DNA of 64,000 nucleotides from Candidatus Cloacimonadales bacterium (GTDB lineage: Bacteria > Cloacimonadota > Cloacimonadia > Cloacimonadales > JAIOQZ01), in contig OY762463.1 in NCBI GenBank assembly GCA_963665815.1, positions 3,040,001 to 3,104,000 of the forward strand, written 5' to 3'. Made by a program: the position numbers and the translations under genes. The notes beneath the pieces are model-generated. The model was not told the DNA's origin. It ran no database searches and saw only the letters and a list, made by a program, of their open reading frames with translations. This document shows positions 1 through 10,180 of this stretch, piece by piece. The stretch's first letter is position 1. Each line of letters begins with the position of its first letter.

Positions 1-583
1 GCCCGTACGATTCAAGTTTATCTCTGGAAACCTCTATCGAGAGCTCATAGTTTTTAACTCCACTTAAACCAACCTGAGAAATCTGAGGCAATTCCTGCAA
101 CTCGTCTTTTATTCGTTCAGTGAGTTTTGTATGAGTAAATTCGTCAATATTTCCGGAAATGGCTAGCTGAATGACCTGAGAAGATCTTGTATCAACTTTT
201 ACAACCGGTTCTTCAGCATTCTCCGGTAATGTGGTTAACCTGTCTATTTCTGTTTGTACTCTATCCTTAATCAGATTTACATCTTCACCATATTCAATTT
301 CAATACTTACGAGCCCCATGTTCTCGGAAGCAACGCTTGTCAGTTCGCGAACACCTTCTACTCCTGCAACAGCTTCTTCAACTCGTGATACTACAGAGCT
401 TTCAATTTCATCAGGTGATGCACCTTTGTAAACTACTTCTATGCTGATTCGATCAAGATCAATGTCCGGGAACACTTCCTGCTTCAATGAAAAAGCAGAA
501 AAGATACCGGTAAATACGATCAAAACCATAATCAGATTGGTTGTCACATGATTATCAACCATCCAGTCAATTATCTTTTTCAT
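1..583 (-). CDS. RND (AcrB/AcrD/AcrF family) efflux permease, N-terminal part; runs off the window edge
   Basis: Not in the ORF track. Manual translation from ATG at 583 gives MKKIIDWMVDNHVTTNLIMVLIVFTGIFSAFSLKQEVFPDIDLDRISIEVVYKGASPDEIE, a typical AcrB-family N-terminus. It follows the adaptor gene. Confidence 0.9.
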   Translation of the reverse strand, partial: MKKIIDWMVDNHVTTNLIMVLIVFTGIFSAFSLKQEVFPDIDLDRISIEVVYKGASPDEIESSVVSRVEEAVAGVEGVRELTSVASENMGLVSIEIEYGEDVNLIKDRVQTEIDRLTTLPENAEEPVVKVDTRSSQVIQLAISGNIDEFTHTKLTERIKDELQELPQISQVGLSGVKNYELSIEVSRDKLESYG

Positions 584-597
584 AACTTAACTCCCGG

Positions 598-1719
598 CTA
601 TTTCTGCTTAGTTCTGACCAGCATTCCCTGGGTTGCAATATCAAGTGAACTTATAACAACCTGATCAGTTTCTTTCAGCCCACTTTCAATTATTGCTGTC
701 TCATCAGAAAACTTCAGTATTTTGACTTTCTTGAAATCAATTTTATCATCAACTACAGACAAAATGGTATTATCAGCTTTAACTAGGTGACGTGGTACTT
801 CAATAATATTCTCAATTTCTCTACCAGAAATTTCTGCATTAACAAACAGGCCAAACGGTAAATCAATCCTGGAAGTATAAGGATTCTTAACTTCCAGAAC
901 AAGATTTGTCATTCTGCTGCTGTTATCAACTGCTGCTTCTTTCCTGACTAATCTCGCCTCCCATGTTTTGTCCTCACCAAGATAGTTTGCTTTTAATACA
1001 GCTTTTCCCTTGAAGTTTCTGTTAAGCCACTGCAGCTCTGAATTTTTTACAGGAACATAGATGTTTGCTGATTCTGTTCCATAAGTAATTGCCAGAGCTG
1101 TTCCGGCTCCAACGAATTGTCCCGGATCGATACTCCTTTTTATAACAACTCCGTTAAATGGGGCTTTCACTCTGGTTCTTTCGAGATTAATTTCTGCCAG
1201 TTCCAGATTTGCTTCTGCTGTTCTGAAGTTTGCTTCTGCAATCTTTAACTGAGGAATTCGCAGAGTCATGGAATCAGGTTTAACATCAGGATTCTGCTTA
1301 CTGAACTCCTCCCATTCCATTCTGGCAATATCATGATTTCTCTGTTCTGTTTTAAGTAACATCTTCTGCTGTAAGAGTTGAGCTTTTGCTGATTTTAGTC
1401 TGAGTTCATAATCGGTAGGATCTATCTGGAAAAGAACTTCACCTTTACTGAATTTCATACCGGTTTTCATATTTTCCGATATACCGGTAATTTTACCTGA
1501 TACTTCAGAAACAAGTGTAACGGATACTTCAGGAACTACAGTCCCATTTCCATATATCTTTATTGTTTTTGTCTCTACAGGAAAATGCTTAATCTGAACA
1601 AGTGGGGCTTTTGCCTTAAACTCTTTTTTCTGGGGTTTTTTCTTTATTATCCTGAGTCCAGCAACCATCAGTATTCCTGCTAATATTATTATTGTGGGAA
1701 TCATTATCTTTTTGAACAT
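598..1719 (-). CDS. RND efflux periplasmic adaptor (membrane fusion protein)
   Basis: N-terminal TM, lipoyl-like halves (SEVSGKI..., LERTRVKAPFNGVV) and a coiled hairpin. Start moved from 1749 to ATG 1719, which has a GGAG RBS. Confidence 0.9.
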   Translation of the reverse strand: MFKKIMIPTIIILAGILMVAGLRIIKKKPQKKEFKAKAPLVQIKHFPVETKTIKIYGNGTVVPEVSVTLVSEVSGKITGISENMKTGMKFSKGEVLFQIDPTDYELRLKSAKAQLLQQKMLLKTEQRNHDIARMEWEEFSKQNPDVKPDSMTLRIPQLKIAEANFRTAEANLELAEINLERTRVKAPFNGVVIKRSIDPGQFVGAGTALAITYGTESANIYVPVKNSELQWLNRNFKGKAVLKANYLGEDKTWEARLVRKEAAVDNSSRMTNLVLEVKNPYTSRIDLPFGLFVNAEISGREIENIIEVPRHLVKADNTILSVVDDKIDFKKVKILKFSDETAIIESGLKETDQVVISSLDIATQGMLVRTKQK

Positions 1720-1720
1720 A

Positions 1721-2257
1721 TCACAGCTCCTTAAACTCATATTTCTCAAAAGTCAGTTTATTAAGTTGTTCTTCCAGTTTTACAATGGATTTTGTAATTA
1801 CTTCAGACTCGTCTTTGTCGATTACTTCAAGCAATCCCGCAACCTTATTAAGGTGATGAGGGAATACTTGTCTGAACATTTCAATACCCTTTTGGGTGAG
1901 TCTTATAAATATTTTTCTTCTGTCTTTCTCTTTGTCAGTATAGCGTTCTACAATCTCGGTTTTTTCAAGACCATCAATTAATCCTGTGACAGTACTCTTT
2001 GTGACACACAGCATATTTGCCAGAGTAGACAGATCAGAATCATTCTGTTTTCTGCGAAAGTATAAGAAAGCCAATATATGAAATTTACTTTTAGTCAGCC
2101 CATACCGTCCGAAATGTTTTTCCATCGTAGTAATGAGTTGTTGACTAAACATGAGTATCCGGAAAAGCACCTCAATATCACTTGTTGCTGCTTCAGGGAA
2201 CTCCGATTGTATCGATTTAACCGTTTCCATAGCCGGTAAAGCAATTTTCTTTAACAT
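1721..2257 (-). CDS. MarR family transcriptional regulator
   Basis: wHTH motif (LANMLCVTKSTVTGLIDGLEK) and DRRKIFIRLTQKG wing. ATG at 2257 preceded by GGAG; first gene of the efflux operon. Confidence 0.9.
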   Translation of the reverse strand: MLKKIALPAMETVKSIQSEFPEAATSDIEVLFRILMFSQQLITTMEKHFGRYGLTKSKFHILAFLYFRRKQNDSDLSTLANMLCVTKSTVTGLIDGLEKTEIVERYTDKEKDRRKIFIRLTQKGIEMFRQVFPHHLNKVAGLLEVIDKDESEVITKSIVKLEEQLNKLTFEKYEFKEL

Positions 2258-2289
2258 ATCTATCTCCAATAATTTTAATTCGTATCCAA

Positions 2290-2309
2290 ATAGTTAGTAG
2301 CCGTACTAT
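2290..2309. promoter_or_regulatory. Imperfect palindrome ATAGTTAG-TAGC-CGTACTAT, probable MarR operator next to a TTGACT -35 on the minus strand
   Basis: ATAGT...ACTAT inverted repeat about 30 bp upstream of the marR start. Confidence 0.55.
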
Positions 2310-2531
2310 AAGTCAACTAATTTTTTATCAGCTTACTAAGAATCTAATCAAGAAGGGTTATCTGCAAAATATTTTTAGATAAAAAATCGGGAAGTTTTGC
2401 TTATTTTATCAACTTGTTCAATGTGAGTTTAAAAAACGATGGCAGTCTTTAATACATAGTCTGTCGGTGTTTTTGCTTTCTATTCAGCTTGTTAGTTAAA
2501 AGTGGGAAAAAAAGATTCTATCAGCTTAGTT

Positions 2532-3131
2532 TTAAATGGAGGTCTGCTTCAATATGAGTTTTGCAGCAGAGAGAATGTTGTTAACAACAAAGTGTGGTTT
2601 AAGTGGATCAGAGTGATCCATATTTATAAAAGTTTTATTTCCTTCACCGGTTCTAACCAGAATGGATGTTAAACCGGCTTTTCGTCCCCAATGAATATCT
2701 GAAAGTTTATCACCTATCATAAATGAGCTTTTCTTATCAATCCTGTATTTCTCAGAAGCAATGTTGAATAAACCCAGTTCCGGTTTCCGACAATTACATT
2801 TAATAGTGTATTCTGCAATAGTCCCTTTTTCGTGGTGAGGACAATAAAGAACAGCTTCTATTTCTATACCATGCTGTTTCAGCATATCAATCATGTATTG
2901 ATTCACGTTCTCGACATCTTCTTCTGTAAAATATCCTCGGGCAACACCGGATTGATTAGTAACAACAACAATTCTGAAACCTGCATCACTCAGCTTTTTC
3001 AATCCGGCTATTGTGGGTTCGAATAATTCGAAACGTTCAATAGATCCGACATAGCCATGATCTATATTGATAGTACCGTCTCTGTCAATAAAGACAAAAG
3101 AATTAGATTTAGTATATGTTTTTGCTGTCAT
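2532..3131 (-). CDS. gmhB: D-glycero-D-manno-heptose 1,7-bisphosphate phosphatase (HAD family)
   Basis: FIDRDGTIN, VTNQSGVARG, YCPHH...CNCRKP and MIGDKLSD motifs. Likely start ATG 3131; the longer ORF overlaps lptD heavily. Confidence 0.9.
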   Translation of the reverse strand: MTAKTYTKSNSFVFIDRDGTINIDHGYVGSIERFELFEPTIAGLKKLSDAGFRIVVVTNQSGVARGYFTEEDVENVNQYMIDMLKQHGIEIEAVLYCPHHEKGTIAEYTIKCNCRKPELGLFNIASEKYRIDKKSSFMIGDKLSDIHWGRKAGLTSILVRTGEGNKTFINMDHSDPLKPHFVVNNILSAAKLILKQTSI

Positions 3132-5505
3132 GAGTTTTAGCATTAAGAGCGCGAGGAAGTTTAATGTTTTCCAGAAGAATCCTGTAATCCCATGTATCAC
3201 CTGATCTATTGTATTCGAAGGTAAGATCCCAGCAATGCAGTGAACGCTTAACAAATAATCTCTGGCTTTCCAGTAATTTTTCATTTAAATCGATAGAGTT
3301 TGAATAATTGATATCCCAATTCTTTGTAAGTTTAAATTTCAGAGTATTTGTCAAATTTGCACCTTTGTAATGAGATCTGATATTTTCGGAATAGGAAAGA
3401 CTGGCAGTAAACTCCCATTTTCCTGAGTCACGGTTTTCCATTATTTCATCAATGGATCTGATTTCTGTGGAATCTCTGTTTGTTTTTTTGTTCGGATTGA
3501 AAAAGTCGTTTGACTGGAATGTATTTTTCTTACGTGGGAAATATGCTTTATATTTACCTTTTCCGGATATCATCAGTGTAGAATTGGCTGTCCAGGTGTA
3601 TACTTCAAAATCGTAAGCGTCCTGTGTACACCTTCCATTGCCGCTGATTGATACGTCATAACTTTTAATTGAAGTTCTGGCGGATGCAATATTTACGCTA
3701 TGTATGAAATCAGTGAAAGGCTTATCTTCTGCTTCAAGGTTGTAGCTTGTACTGGAGTTAATTTTTAGTAGATCATTTATAGAATTTTCTTTTTCTCTTG
3801 CTTTATCCCAATATTTAATCTGCCAGAGGTTTGAAAGCCTGAAACTGATTGAACGTGATTTTACTCCTGAATTAACCGGTATTCCACTCAGTGAGTAATA
3901 CTTGTCTCTGTTCTTTGTCCAGTCAGGTTTATATGAGAATGAAAAGCTTGGAGTAAGTATGTGTCTTACTGCGGATAATCTGCTTTTTCTGAATGTTCTG
4001 ACTCCATACAGAGAAAAACTGGTAGATGTACTTGTAGACCAGTCATGACCTCTTACATATTTGTTGTCATTCTTATCTTTATCATACCAGGATTCATTAT
4101 AGGAAAATGACTGTGAGTATTTCAGCCAGCCAAACAGATCATTGGAATAACTGATTCCTGCCCTGTGGTTCATTCCATAAAGATGCTGAGAAATCAGAGT
4201 ATCTTTTGTACTTGATCTATAAAGAAGTTCATCAATATCGTAGTCAGATCCATATATATCACCTTCATGGCGGAATCTGGTAGAATAACTGTATCTGAAT
4301 CCTTTCCAGAAATAATCTTTGTCTTTCATGTTATCAATTTGATCCGCAGACATGAATAATTCATAGAATGGACGAGATCTGAGAGAATAGGACACATTTG
4401 GCAGTACAATATCTTTTTTCTCTTCATCAAGTCTGTCATTGTATATCATTGTTGTGTAAAGACTGTTTCCGAAAAGTTTTGTATTATATGATACTGTAGA
4501 TCTTACAGTTTCTTTAAGACGTTCATTCTCATCCGTACTGTTTTCCCAGATTGTTTTGCTGCTGGTAAAGTTCATGTTTATGCTCAGTTTAGATTCCAGC
4601 CCTATTGTCTGTTGATGATTCCAGTTGGCTGACCAGTCTTCAGATGATGTAGAATATCTTTTATTTCTTTTATAATAGGTAGTCTTGAAGTCTCCATCAT
4701 ATTTGTAACGCTTTGTATAAATACCTTCGGTAATAAAGTCCCAGCCTAACTTCTCATAATAGTTTGTAGAAAAATAAATATCTGCATTTTCGGATAATAC
4801 TGCGAAATAGGCAAGATCCTCTATGAATTTACCTTTGTAATTATTATATCCGGGAGAAGGCATAATAAAACCGGATTTTCTTCCTCTTTTCAGACTGAAG
4901 GTTCCAAAAGGAACTGCAAGTATCGGGAAATGATTAACATAGAAAACAATAGGCTTCATGACAATTCTGTCATTTCTGTACATTCTGGTGTATTTGGAGT
5001 AGATATAGAAGTGGGGTTCTTCATCGTCGCAGGTAGTAAAATATCCGTTATCAATATCATATACTTCTTTTCCTACTTTACGGGTCTCTTCTCCGTAAAG
5101 GAATCCCTTATCAAACTTTGTTGCTCCGCCTTTTACTATTCCGCTCTGGTCTTCAATATCAAACTTAATGTCATCACCAATCATTAACTGAGTTCCGTCT
5201 TTCAGTTTTGCATTTCCACGAGTGATAGATTTCTCAGATTTCAGATTGATATTTATGGAATCAGCATTAAGTGTAGAAGTTCTGTAAACAAGTTGGGCAT
5301 TACCAGATAATGTCATATCCTCATTTTTAAAGTTGTAGAATATACTGTCTGCATTAAAATTAACCGAATCAATCTTAATGTTCTCATAAATATTCAGCGT
5401 ATCTGCCTGAGTTGTATCAGGAACAGTGCTGACAGTCTGCGAATACAGAGATGCCATGCTGAATAATATGTATGTCAGGATTATTATAAACAACTTTTTT
5501 TGCAT
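3109..5505 (-). CDS. lptD: LPS-assembly outer membrane protein LptD (putative)
   Basis: Signal peptide, OstA-like N-domain, FTTCD...PHFYI, RKSGFIMP, aromatic beta-barrel and C-terminal RSLHCW motif. Confidence 0.8.
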   Translation of the reverse strand: MQKKLFIIILTYILFSMASLYSQTVSTVPDTTQADTLNIYENIKIDSVNFNADSIFYNFKNEDMTLSGNAQLVYRTSTLNADSININLKSEKSITRGNAKLKDGTQLMIGDDIKFDIEDQSGIVKGGATKFDKGFLYGEETRKVGKEVYDIDNGYFTTCDDEEPHFYIYSKYTRMYRNDRIVMKPIVFYVNHFPILAVPFGTFSLKRGRKSGFIMPSPGYNNYKGKFIEDLAYFAVLSENADIYFSTNYYEKLGWDFITEGIYTKRYKYDGDFKTTYYKRNKRYSTSSEDWSANWNHQQTIGLESKLSINMNFTSSKTIWENSTDENERLKETVRSTVSYNTKLFGNSLYTTMIYNDRLDEEKKDIVLPNVSYSLRSRPFYELFMSADQIDNMKDKDYFWKGFRYSYSTRFRHEGDIYGSDYDIDELLYRSSTKDTLISQHLYGMNHRAGISYSNDLFGWLKYSQSFSYNESWYDKDKNDNKYVRGHDWSTSTSTSFSLYGVRTFRKSRLSAVRHILTPSFSFSYKPDWTKNRDKYYSLSGIPVNSGVKSRSISFRLSNLWQIKYWDKAREKENSINDLLKINSSTSYNLEAEDKPFTDFIHSVNIASARTSIKSYDVSISGNGRCTQDAYDFEVYTWTANSTLMISGKGKYKAYFPRKKNTFQSNDFFNPNKKTNRDSTEIRSIDEIMENRDSGKWEFTASLSYSENIRSHYKGANLTNTLKFKLTKNWDINYSNSIDLNEKLLESQRLFVKRSLHCWDLTFEYNRSGDTWDYRILLENIKLPRALNAKTHDSKNIY

Positions 5506-5571
5506 AACGCTAACAGTCTGACTTGCTTGTTTTGTGTCAAGTACGTTTAAAATGCTTTGCGAAGATTTCGC

Positions 5572-7194
5572 TTAATGTGCTTTGCTTCCAAAGATTTTCA
5601 GATTATCAAGTTCCCAGGTTGAGGCTTTTTTGGGTTCAGAAGACTGATATCTGAATCCCAGATAAAACTTTTCGTTATTAACAGCTTCAATATTGAGATA
5701 TCCGGATTTAATCCAGATGTAATAATCTTCCGAATATGCAGCAGGAAGTTTTGTCCAACTGCATTCTGCCGGATTTTCCTTTGCTCTGTCATCGGTTGTA
5801 TAATACAGTTCAAGTCCGGGAATAATATCTTTGTGTCGTTTTGCAGTTTCAAAAACCAGAACCGGATTGCTTATTTCTCTGATGTCTATTTCTGGTGATA
5901 TAAGCCAGGAGTCAGATTTATCATCAGATTTGTATCCGCTGATTTTCATGAACCTTCTTTCTCCATATTGAGAATTTCGCCAGCTTTGATTTCCCGACAC
6001 AGTTTTAATAGTCCATTCACTGTTTCTTCTGTCAAAGTCTTCTTGATAAACCAGTTCTGTGCCTTTCGGGAAAACAAAGCCATGGTAAGTAATGGTCTCC
6101 TTATTTTCCCCAATTTTTATCTCAAGTTTCCCTGAAATTTCACCGGTCTGTTTTGGAGAGAAGCGAAGTTCAAGCTTATTTCTGCCTAATGTATACAGAT
6201 TGTTTCTTGCTGTGTTTTCCAGCTTATTGTAGTCTTTATTTGTTATTTCTATTGTGCTATCGAATGTTATCTCAGGCTCTTCTGTGAAATTTGCTACAGC
6301 ATAATGAATAGTGATTTCTCTGGATTCACCGAGTACAATTTCGTTAAAGTCTATTTTTCTTGTAGCAACAGATATTTCACTTCTTCGTTGAGGTTTGCCC
6401 CAGAGAATATCGGCGTATTCAGGGTGATCGATAAACGGATTTCTGTTTCCCTGATACAGTTTTTCTATCTTGTCATTTCGCTCACGTTCTTTGTCAGAGG
6501 GTGGATCAAGCAGATTCCACAGCAGAAGAGTGTTCAGTTTACCAAGTACCGGACCATGCGTGTCTGATTTATCTACCAATTCAAGATCGTAATTTGGACC
6601 TTCATATCTGATAGCCATATAAAAGAGCATTCTGGCAATATCACCTTTAACTTCATCGCGTGGTTCCCAGGAATCAAAGTCATAGAAACAGCCTTCAGCT
6701 TCTTCTACAGGAGTACAGCTCCAGTCAAAATCTCTTGTTCCTCTGAGTGTGTTAACAGTTCGGTCTGCAGGGAAGAGGTGATGGACATCTGTAAAAGCTG
6801 TATCTTCTCTTTCAGGGAATCCATGGGATTTTGGCCATACATGTTCTCTGTTCCAGGAGTCGTCTATTGTAATACCATATTCTTCCTGATAATTGACCTT
6901 GTTTCCACTATCTTGAAATCTTTTATTCTGTGAGCGTCCTGTATATAACAGAATCAGGTTTTCATTGTTATCAGGGTCAGTATCTAGATCTTTAAGTATT
7001 GAGGAAACAGAGTTGGACTCTCCAAAATACTGATACGTCTTATGATTTATCATTTTTTTGTGCAGGGTTTTTCTGAGATTTTCTTTAATTGAATCATCGT
7101 TCTGATTCTGATTTTCATTTTCATTATTGCTTGCAGAAGCAGCTATACAGCCGAGAAGCAGGGCAGAAATTGTAATAATAATAAATATTTTCAT
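5572..7194 (-). CDS. Secreted endonuclease I family (Bsn/EndA-like) nuclease with C-terminal Ig-like and jelly-roll-like domains
   Basis: WNREHVWPKSHG, TDVHHL, WEPRDEVKGDIAR and QGNRNPFIDHPE motifs; signal/lipobox LLGC; C-terminal SWLISP domain. Confidence 0.85.
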   Translation of the reverse strand: MKIFIIITISALLLGCIAASASNNENENQNQNDDSIKENLRKTLHKKMINHKTYQYFGESNSVSSILKDLDTDPDNNENLILLYTGRSQNKRFQDSGNKVNYQEEYGITIDDSWNREHVWPKSHGFPEREDTAFTDVHHLFPADRTVNTLRGTRDFDWSCTPVEEAEGCFYDFDSWEPRDEVKGDIARMLFYMAIRYEGPNYDLELVDKSDTHGPVLGKLNTLLLWNLLDPPSDKERERNDKIEKLYQGNRNPFIDHPEYADILWGKPQRRSEISVATRKIDFNEIVLGESREITIHYAVANFTEEPEITFDSTIEITNKDYNKLENTARNNLYTLGRNKLELRFSPKQTGEISGKLEIKIGENKETITYHGFVFPKGTELVYQEDFDRRNSEWTIKTVSGNQSWRNSQYGERRFMKISGYKSDDKSDSWLISPEIDIREISNPVLVFETAKRHKDIIPGLELYYTTDDRAKENPAECSWTKLPAAYSEDYYIWIKSGYLNIEAVNNEKFYLGFRYQSSEPKKASTWELDNLKIFGSKAH

Positions 7195-7195
7195 T

Positions 7196-8080
7196 TTACA
7201 TCAATTTTGATCTCTTCCGCAGATAAAGCATAAAGTTTTCTTCATAGGAAGTATCGGTGTTAATAGGGTTATATTCAATTCCAAGATCATAGCAGGCGTT
7301 TTTAATTTTTGTGCTGTGATCCTGTAATGCCTGTTTATATTCTTTTCTGAACTGCCAGGGATTCATGATTATCTTTTCACCTGTTTCCATGTCCTGAAAC
7401 TCTGTTTCTTTTTTAAATGGAAAATTCAGTTCATCATAATCCTGGATGTGAAACAGTATTACTTCATGTTTCATGTGATGGAAATACTTGAGACTTCTCA
7501 CTATTTCATCCGAATCGTCCAGAAAATCTGAGATAATCACTATCAGACTTCTTTTTTTGATCTGTCCTGCTACATTTCCAAGAGCAGATGCTGTTGAAGT
7601 TGTTTCTGCGGCTTCCAGATTATACAGATGTTGATGGATGAAAGTGAGATAGTTTTTTCTTGATTTTGGTCTGATTGTGTTTGTAATCTGGTCGTTGTAT
7701 GTAATCAATCCTACGGCATCCTGCTGTTTCAGCATGAGATATGTTAAAGCAGCAGCAAAAGTTCTGGCATAATCCAGTTTAGATATTTTGCCGGAACTGT
7801 AATCCATGGATTTACTGTGATCAAGAAGTATGTATGTTCTCAGGTTTGTTTCTTCTTCAAAACGTCTGATATAGTACTTCTCAGTTTTTGCGAATACTTT
7901 CCAGTCAATGTTTCTTATCGAATCTCCATGGTTGTACTGTCTATGTTCCGAAAATTCAACACTGAAACCATGATATGGAGATTTATGAAGTCCGATTATA
8001 AATCCTTCGACAATCAATCGGGCTTTCAACTGGAATTTATCCAGCTTACTGTAGAAATCATCACTTGCATTTCTAAACAT
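7196..8080 (-). CDS. DUF58 family protein (VWA-like, usually MoxR-associated)
   Basis: GLHKSPYHGFSVEFSEHRQY, IDWKVFAK, LLDHSKSM and VIISDF motifs. Confidence 0.9.
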   Translation of the reverse strand: MFRNASDDFYSKLDKFQLKARLIVEGFIIGLHKSPYHGFSVEFSEHRQYNHGDSIRNIDWKVFAKTEKYYIRRFEEETNLRTYILLDHSKSMDYSSGKISKLDYARTFAAALTYLMLKQQDAVGLITYNDQITNTIRPKSRKNYLTFIHQHLYNLEAAETTSTASALGNVAGQIKKRSLIVIISDFLDDSDEIVRSLKYFHHMKHEVILFHIQDYDELNFPFKKETEFQDMETGEKIIMNPWQFRKEYKQALQDHSTKIKNACYDLGIEYNPINTDTSYEENFMLYLRKRSKLM

Positions 8081-8092
8081 TTTTTAACTGAA

Positions 8093-8290
8093 TCAGTCCT
8101 GTTCTTTTTTATCCTGTTTCTTGTAACCAAGCATAATGGAGAGAGGAAAAATCACAAGATAAGTGATTACCAGAATTATCACAGATACAGTTTTATCTCC
8201 GGTTCTCATAATAGCATATCCTGCAATTGTCAATACTATTCCTGCTATAAGCAGAATCATGTTCCATAAACCAAATACGTAATTCTTCAT
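8093..8290 (-). CDS. Small two-TM membrane protein (DUF3098-like)
   Basis: 65 aa with two hydrophobic helices, fitting between neighbours on the operon strand. Confidence 0.6.
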   Translation of the reverse strand: MKNYVFGLWNMILLIAGIVLTIAGYAIMRTGDKTVSVIILVITYLVIFPLSIMLGYKKQDKKEQD

Positions 8291-8298
8291 TATTTACC

Positions 8299-10173
8299 TC
8301 ATAAAAGATTGTATTTTATTATAGCGTTTTTTGCTTTTCTGTGAGCATCTTCATCATTTGATAATTTCAATGCTTTGTTCAAATATTCTTTTGCTTTATC
8401 TTCATTTCCAAGACTATGATATACTTCTCCGATATGATACGCAATTATACCGCTTTCAATATGTTCAATCAGTCCGGAATTAATTAATTCAAGTGCTTTT
8501 TGGTTCTCACCGGATAAATGATAATACCAGACTGCACTGTCCAGAATACCGAAATTATCAGGAGCGAGCTCTCTGGCCTTAAGTATGTATTTTCCTGCTT
8601 CTTCAAGCCTTTCAGAGAAATCAAGCAGCCAGTAACCCAACCAGTTGTGGAATTCAGCATTATCGGGGAAAGCCGCTATTGCATCCTTCAATACTTTTTC
8701 CTTTTCATCCTGTTTTCCCAATGCTTCCAGGGCTCTACCAAGAAGGAGATAGTGCTCTTTTGTATAATCTCCAGATTCTATCTTCTTTTTGATGAAATCA
8801 GAAAGACTTTCATATTTCCCAGAGCTCATACATGTAAATGAAATTGTTTCCAGAGCACGGTCAGCATAAATCGAATCGTTCTTGATAATTTTCTCAGCAA
8901 GTTCCAGATCATCAAGTTTGGTTGCTACATCAGCAAAGAATACGGTCATGTCCTGCTCTGTGATAACGTCCATAGAAATTTTCTTAATTTCTTCAGGAGA
9001 AAGTTCATCCAGATTTATGATTGATTGCAGATATACACGATACATCTGCTTCTTATCTCTATTGAAATCAATTGTCAGGTCTTTCTCAAACTTCGTCAGG
9101 AAACCGGCAAGCAACAGATAGATGTTCTGCTTGTCCTCATTAAAAGTTAGTACTATTGTACTGAAGAGATTACCAAGTCTATCCATCTGTTTTAAGTAAT
9201 AAACAGCTTTGTAAAAATCTGAGTCATCCATAAAATAATCAGTAGTCTGAGTAAGGATTTTCATTTTATCATCTTCGGCAATCTGCGGATCACTTAATCT
9301 TTCTTTTGCCAGAGTATCTACTAAAACTGAAATTCCGCTGAGTGCCGAAAACTCGAATAAAGCTGTATTAATCTGGCTGTTACCTGTTTCAATAAGGTCG
9401 AGAACTGTTTCTTTCAGTTTGGATGTTAGTCCTTCTTTATACAAAGCATTCAAATAAGCAATTTTATCTATATACTCAAGAGATTTCATGTTATTTGTCA
9501 GAGATTCAAACATCCGGATTATTTTCATGTATTGCTGTTTCTGAATATATTCTTTAACAAGCAGATTTCTTGAATATTCATCTTTATGTATTTCCTGACA
9601 TTTTTCAAGTATATATATTGAGTTTGTATTGGGAATTCTGGAATAGAAAGAATAAACTATCCTGATTTTCTCAGGATTGTCCCAGGAATACTCAAGAGCT
9701 CTGTCGAGATATTGAGTCTTTATTTCATTTTTCTGCTCATAAGTAAAAGCAAATAATGCAATAAAACTTGCAAATGAAGGATTATTCTCTGAGAAATTTC
9801 TCAAATATTCAATAGCTTTTTCTTTTCTACCTGTTTTACTCATCGCATAAGAAGCTACTTTGGCTATATTCACAGACTTTGTGTTTTTATATATAGGTTT
9901 GATTTCTTTAAGAAAGTTTTCCCAGTCATTGTTTTCCTTGGCGATTACCGAAAGAATATCAACCAGCTTTTCTTTTATATCAATGTTTTCAGGATCGTAT
10001 TCCAGAGCAATTTTAAGATTCTCTATTGCTTTATCGTAATTCTTATCTCTGAGATCTCCATCTGCGAGAGAATAATAAGTCATTGCCTGTATTGGATCCG
10101 GTTGTCTGGCGATATTTCCTGACGAAGAGCAGGATACACAGATAATGCACAGAATAAGCCCTAAATATTTCAT
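8299..10173 (-). CDS. TPR-repeat lipoprotein
   Basis: Lipobox-like CVSC, TPRs at both ends, NWLGYWL...ILDS motif. Confidence 0.8.
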   Translation of the reverse strand: MKYLGLILCIICVSCSSSGNIARQPDPIQAMTYYSLADGDLRDKNYDKAIENLKIALEYDPENIDIKEKLVDILSVIAKENNDWENFLKEIKPIYKNTKSVNIAKVASYAMSKTGRKEKAIEYLRNFSENNPSFASFIALFAFTYEQKNEIKTQYLDRALEYSWDNPEKIRIVYSFYSRIPNTNSIYILEKCQEIHKDEYSRNLLVKEYIQKQQYMKIIRMFESLTNNMKSLEYIDKIAYLNALYKEGLTSKLKETVLDLIETGNSQINTALFEFSALSGISVLVDTLAKERLSDPQIAEDDKMKILTQTTDYFMDDSDFYKAVYYLKQMDRLGNLFSTIVLTFNEDKQNIYLLLAGFLTKFEKDLTIDFNRDKKQMYRVYLQSIINLDELSPEEIKKISMDVITEQDMTVFFADVATKLDDLELAEKIIKNDSIYADRALETISFTCMSSGKYESLSDFIKKKIESGDYTKEHYLLLGRALEALGKQDEKEKVLKDAIAAFPDNAEFHNWLGYWLLDFSERLEEAGKYILKARELAPDNFGILDSAVWYYHLSGENQKALELINSGLIEHIESGIIAYHIGEVYHSLGNEDKAKEYLNKALKLSNDEDAHRKAKNAIIKYNLL

Positions 10174-10180
10174 AATTACT

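Noticed and set aside
3132-3284. Apparent long gmhB/lptD overlap
   Set aside because: Artefact of longest-ORF calling; the HAD domain starts near 3131.
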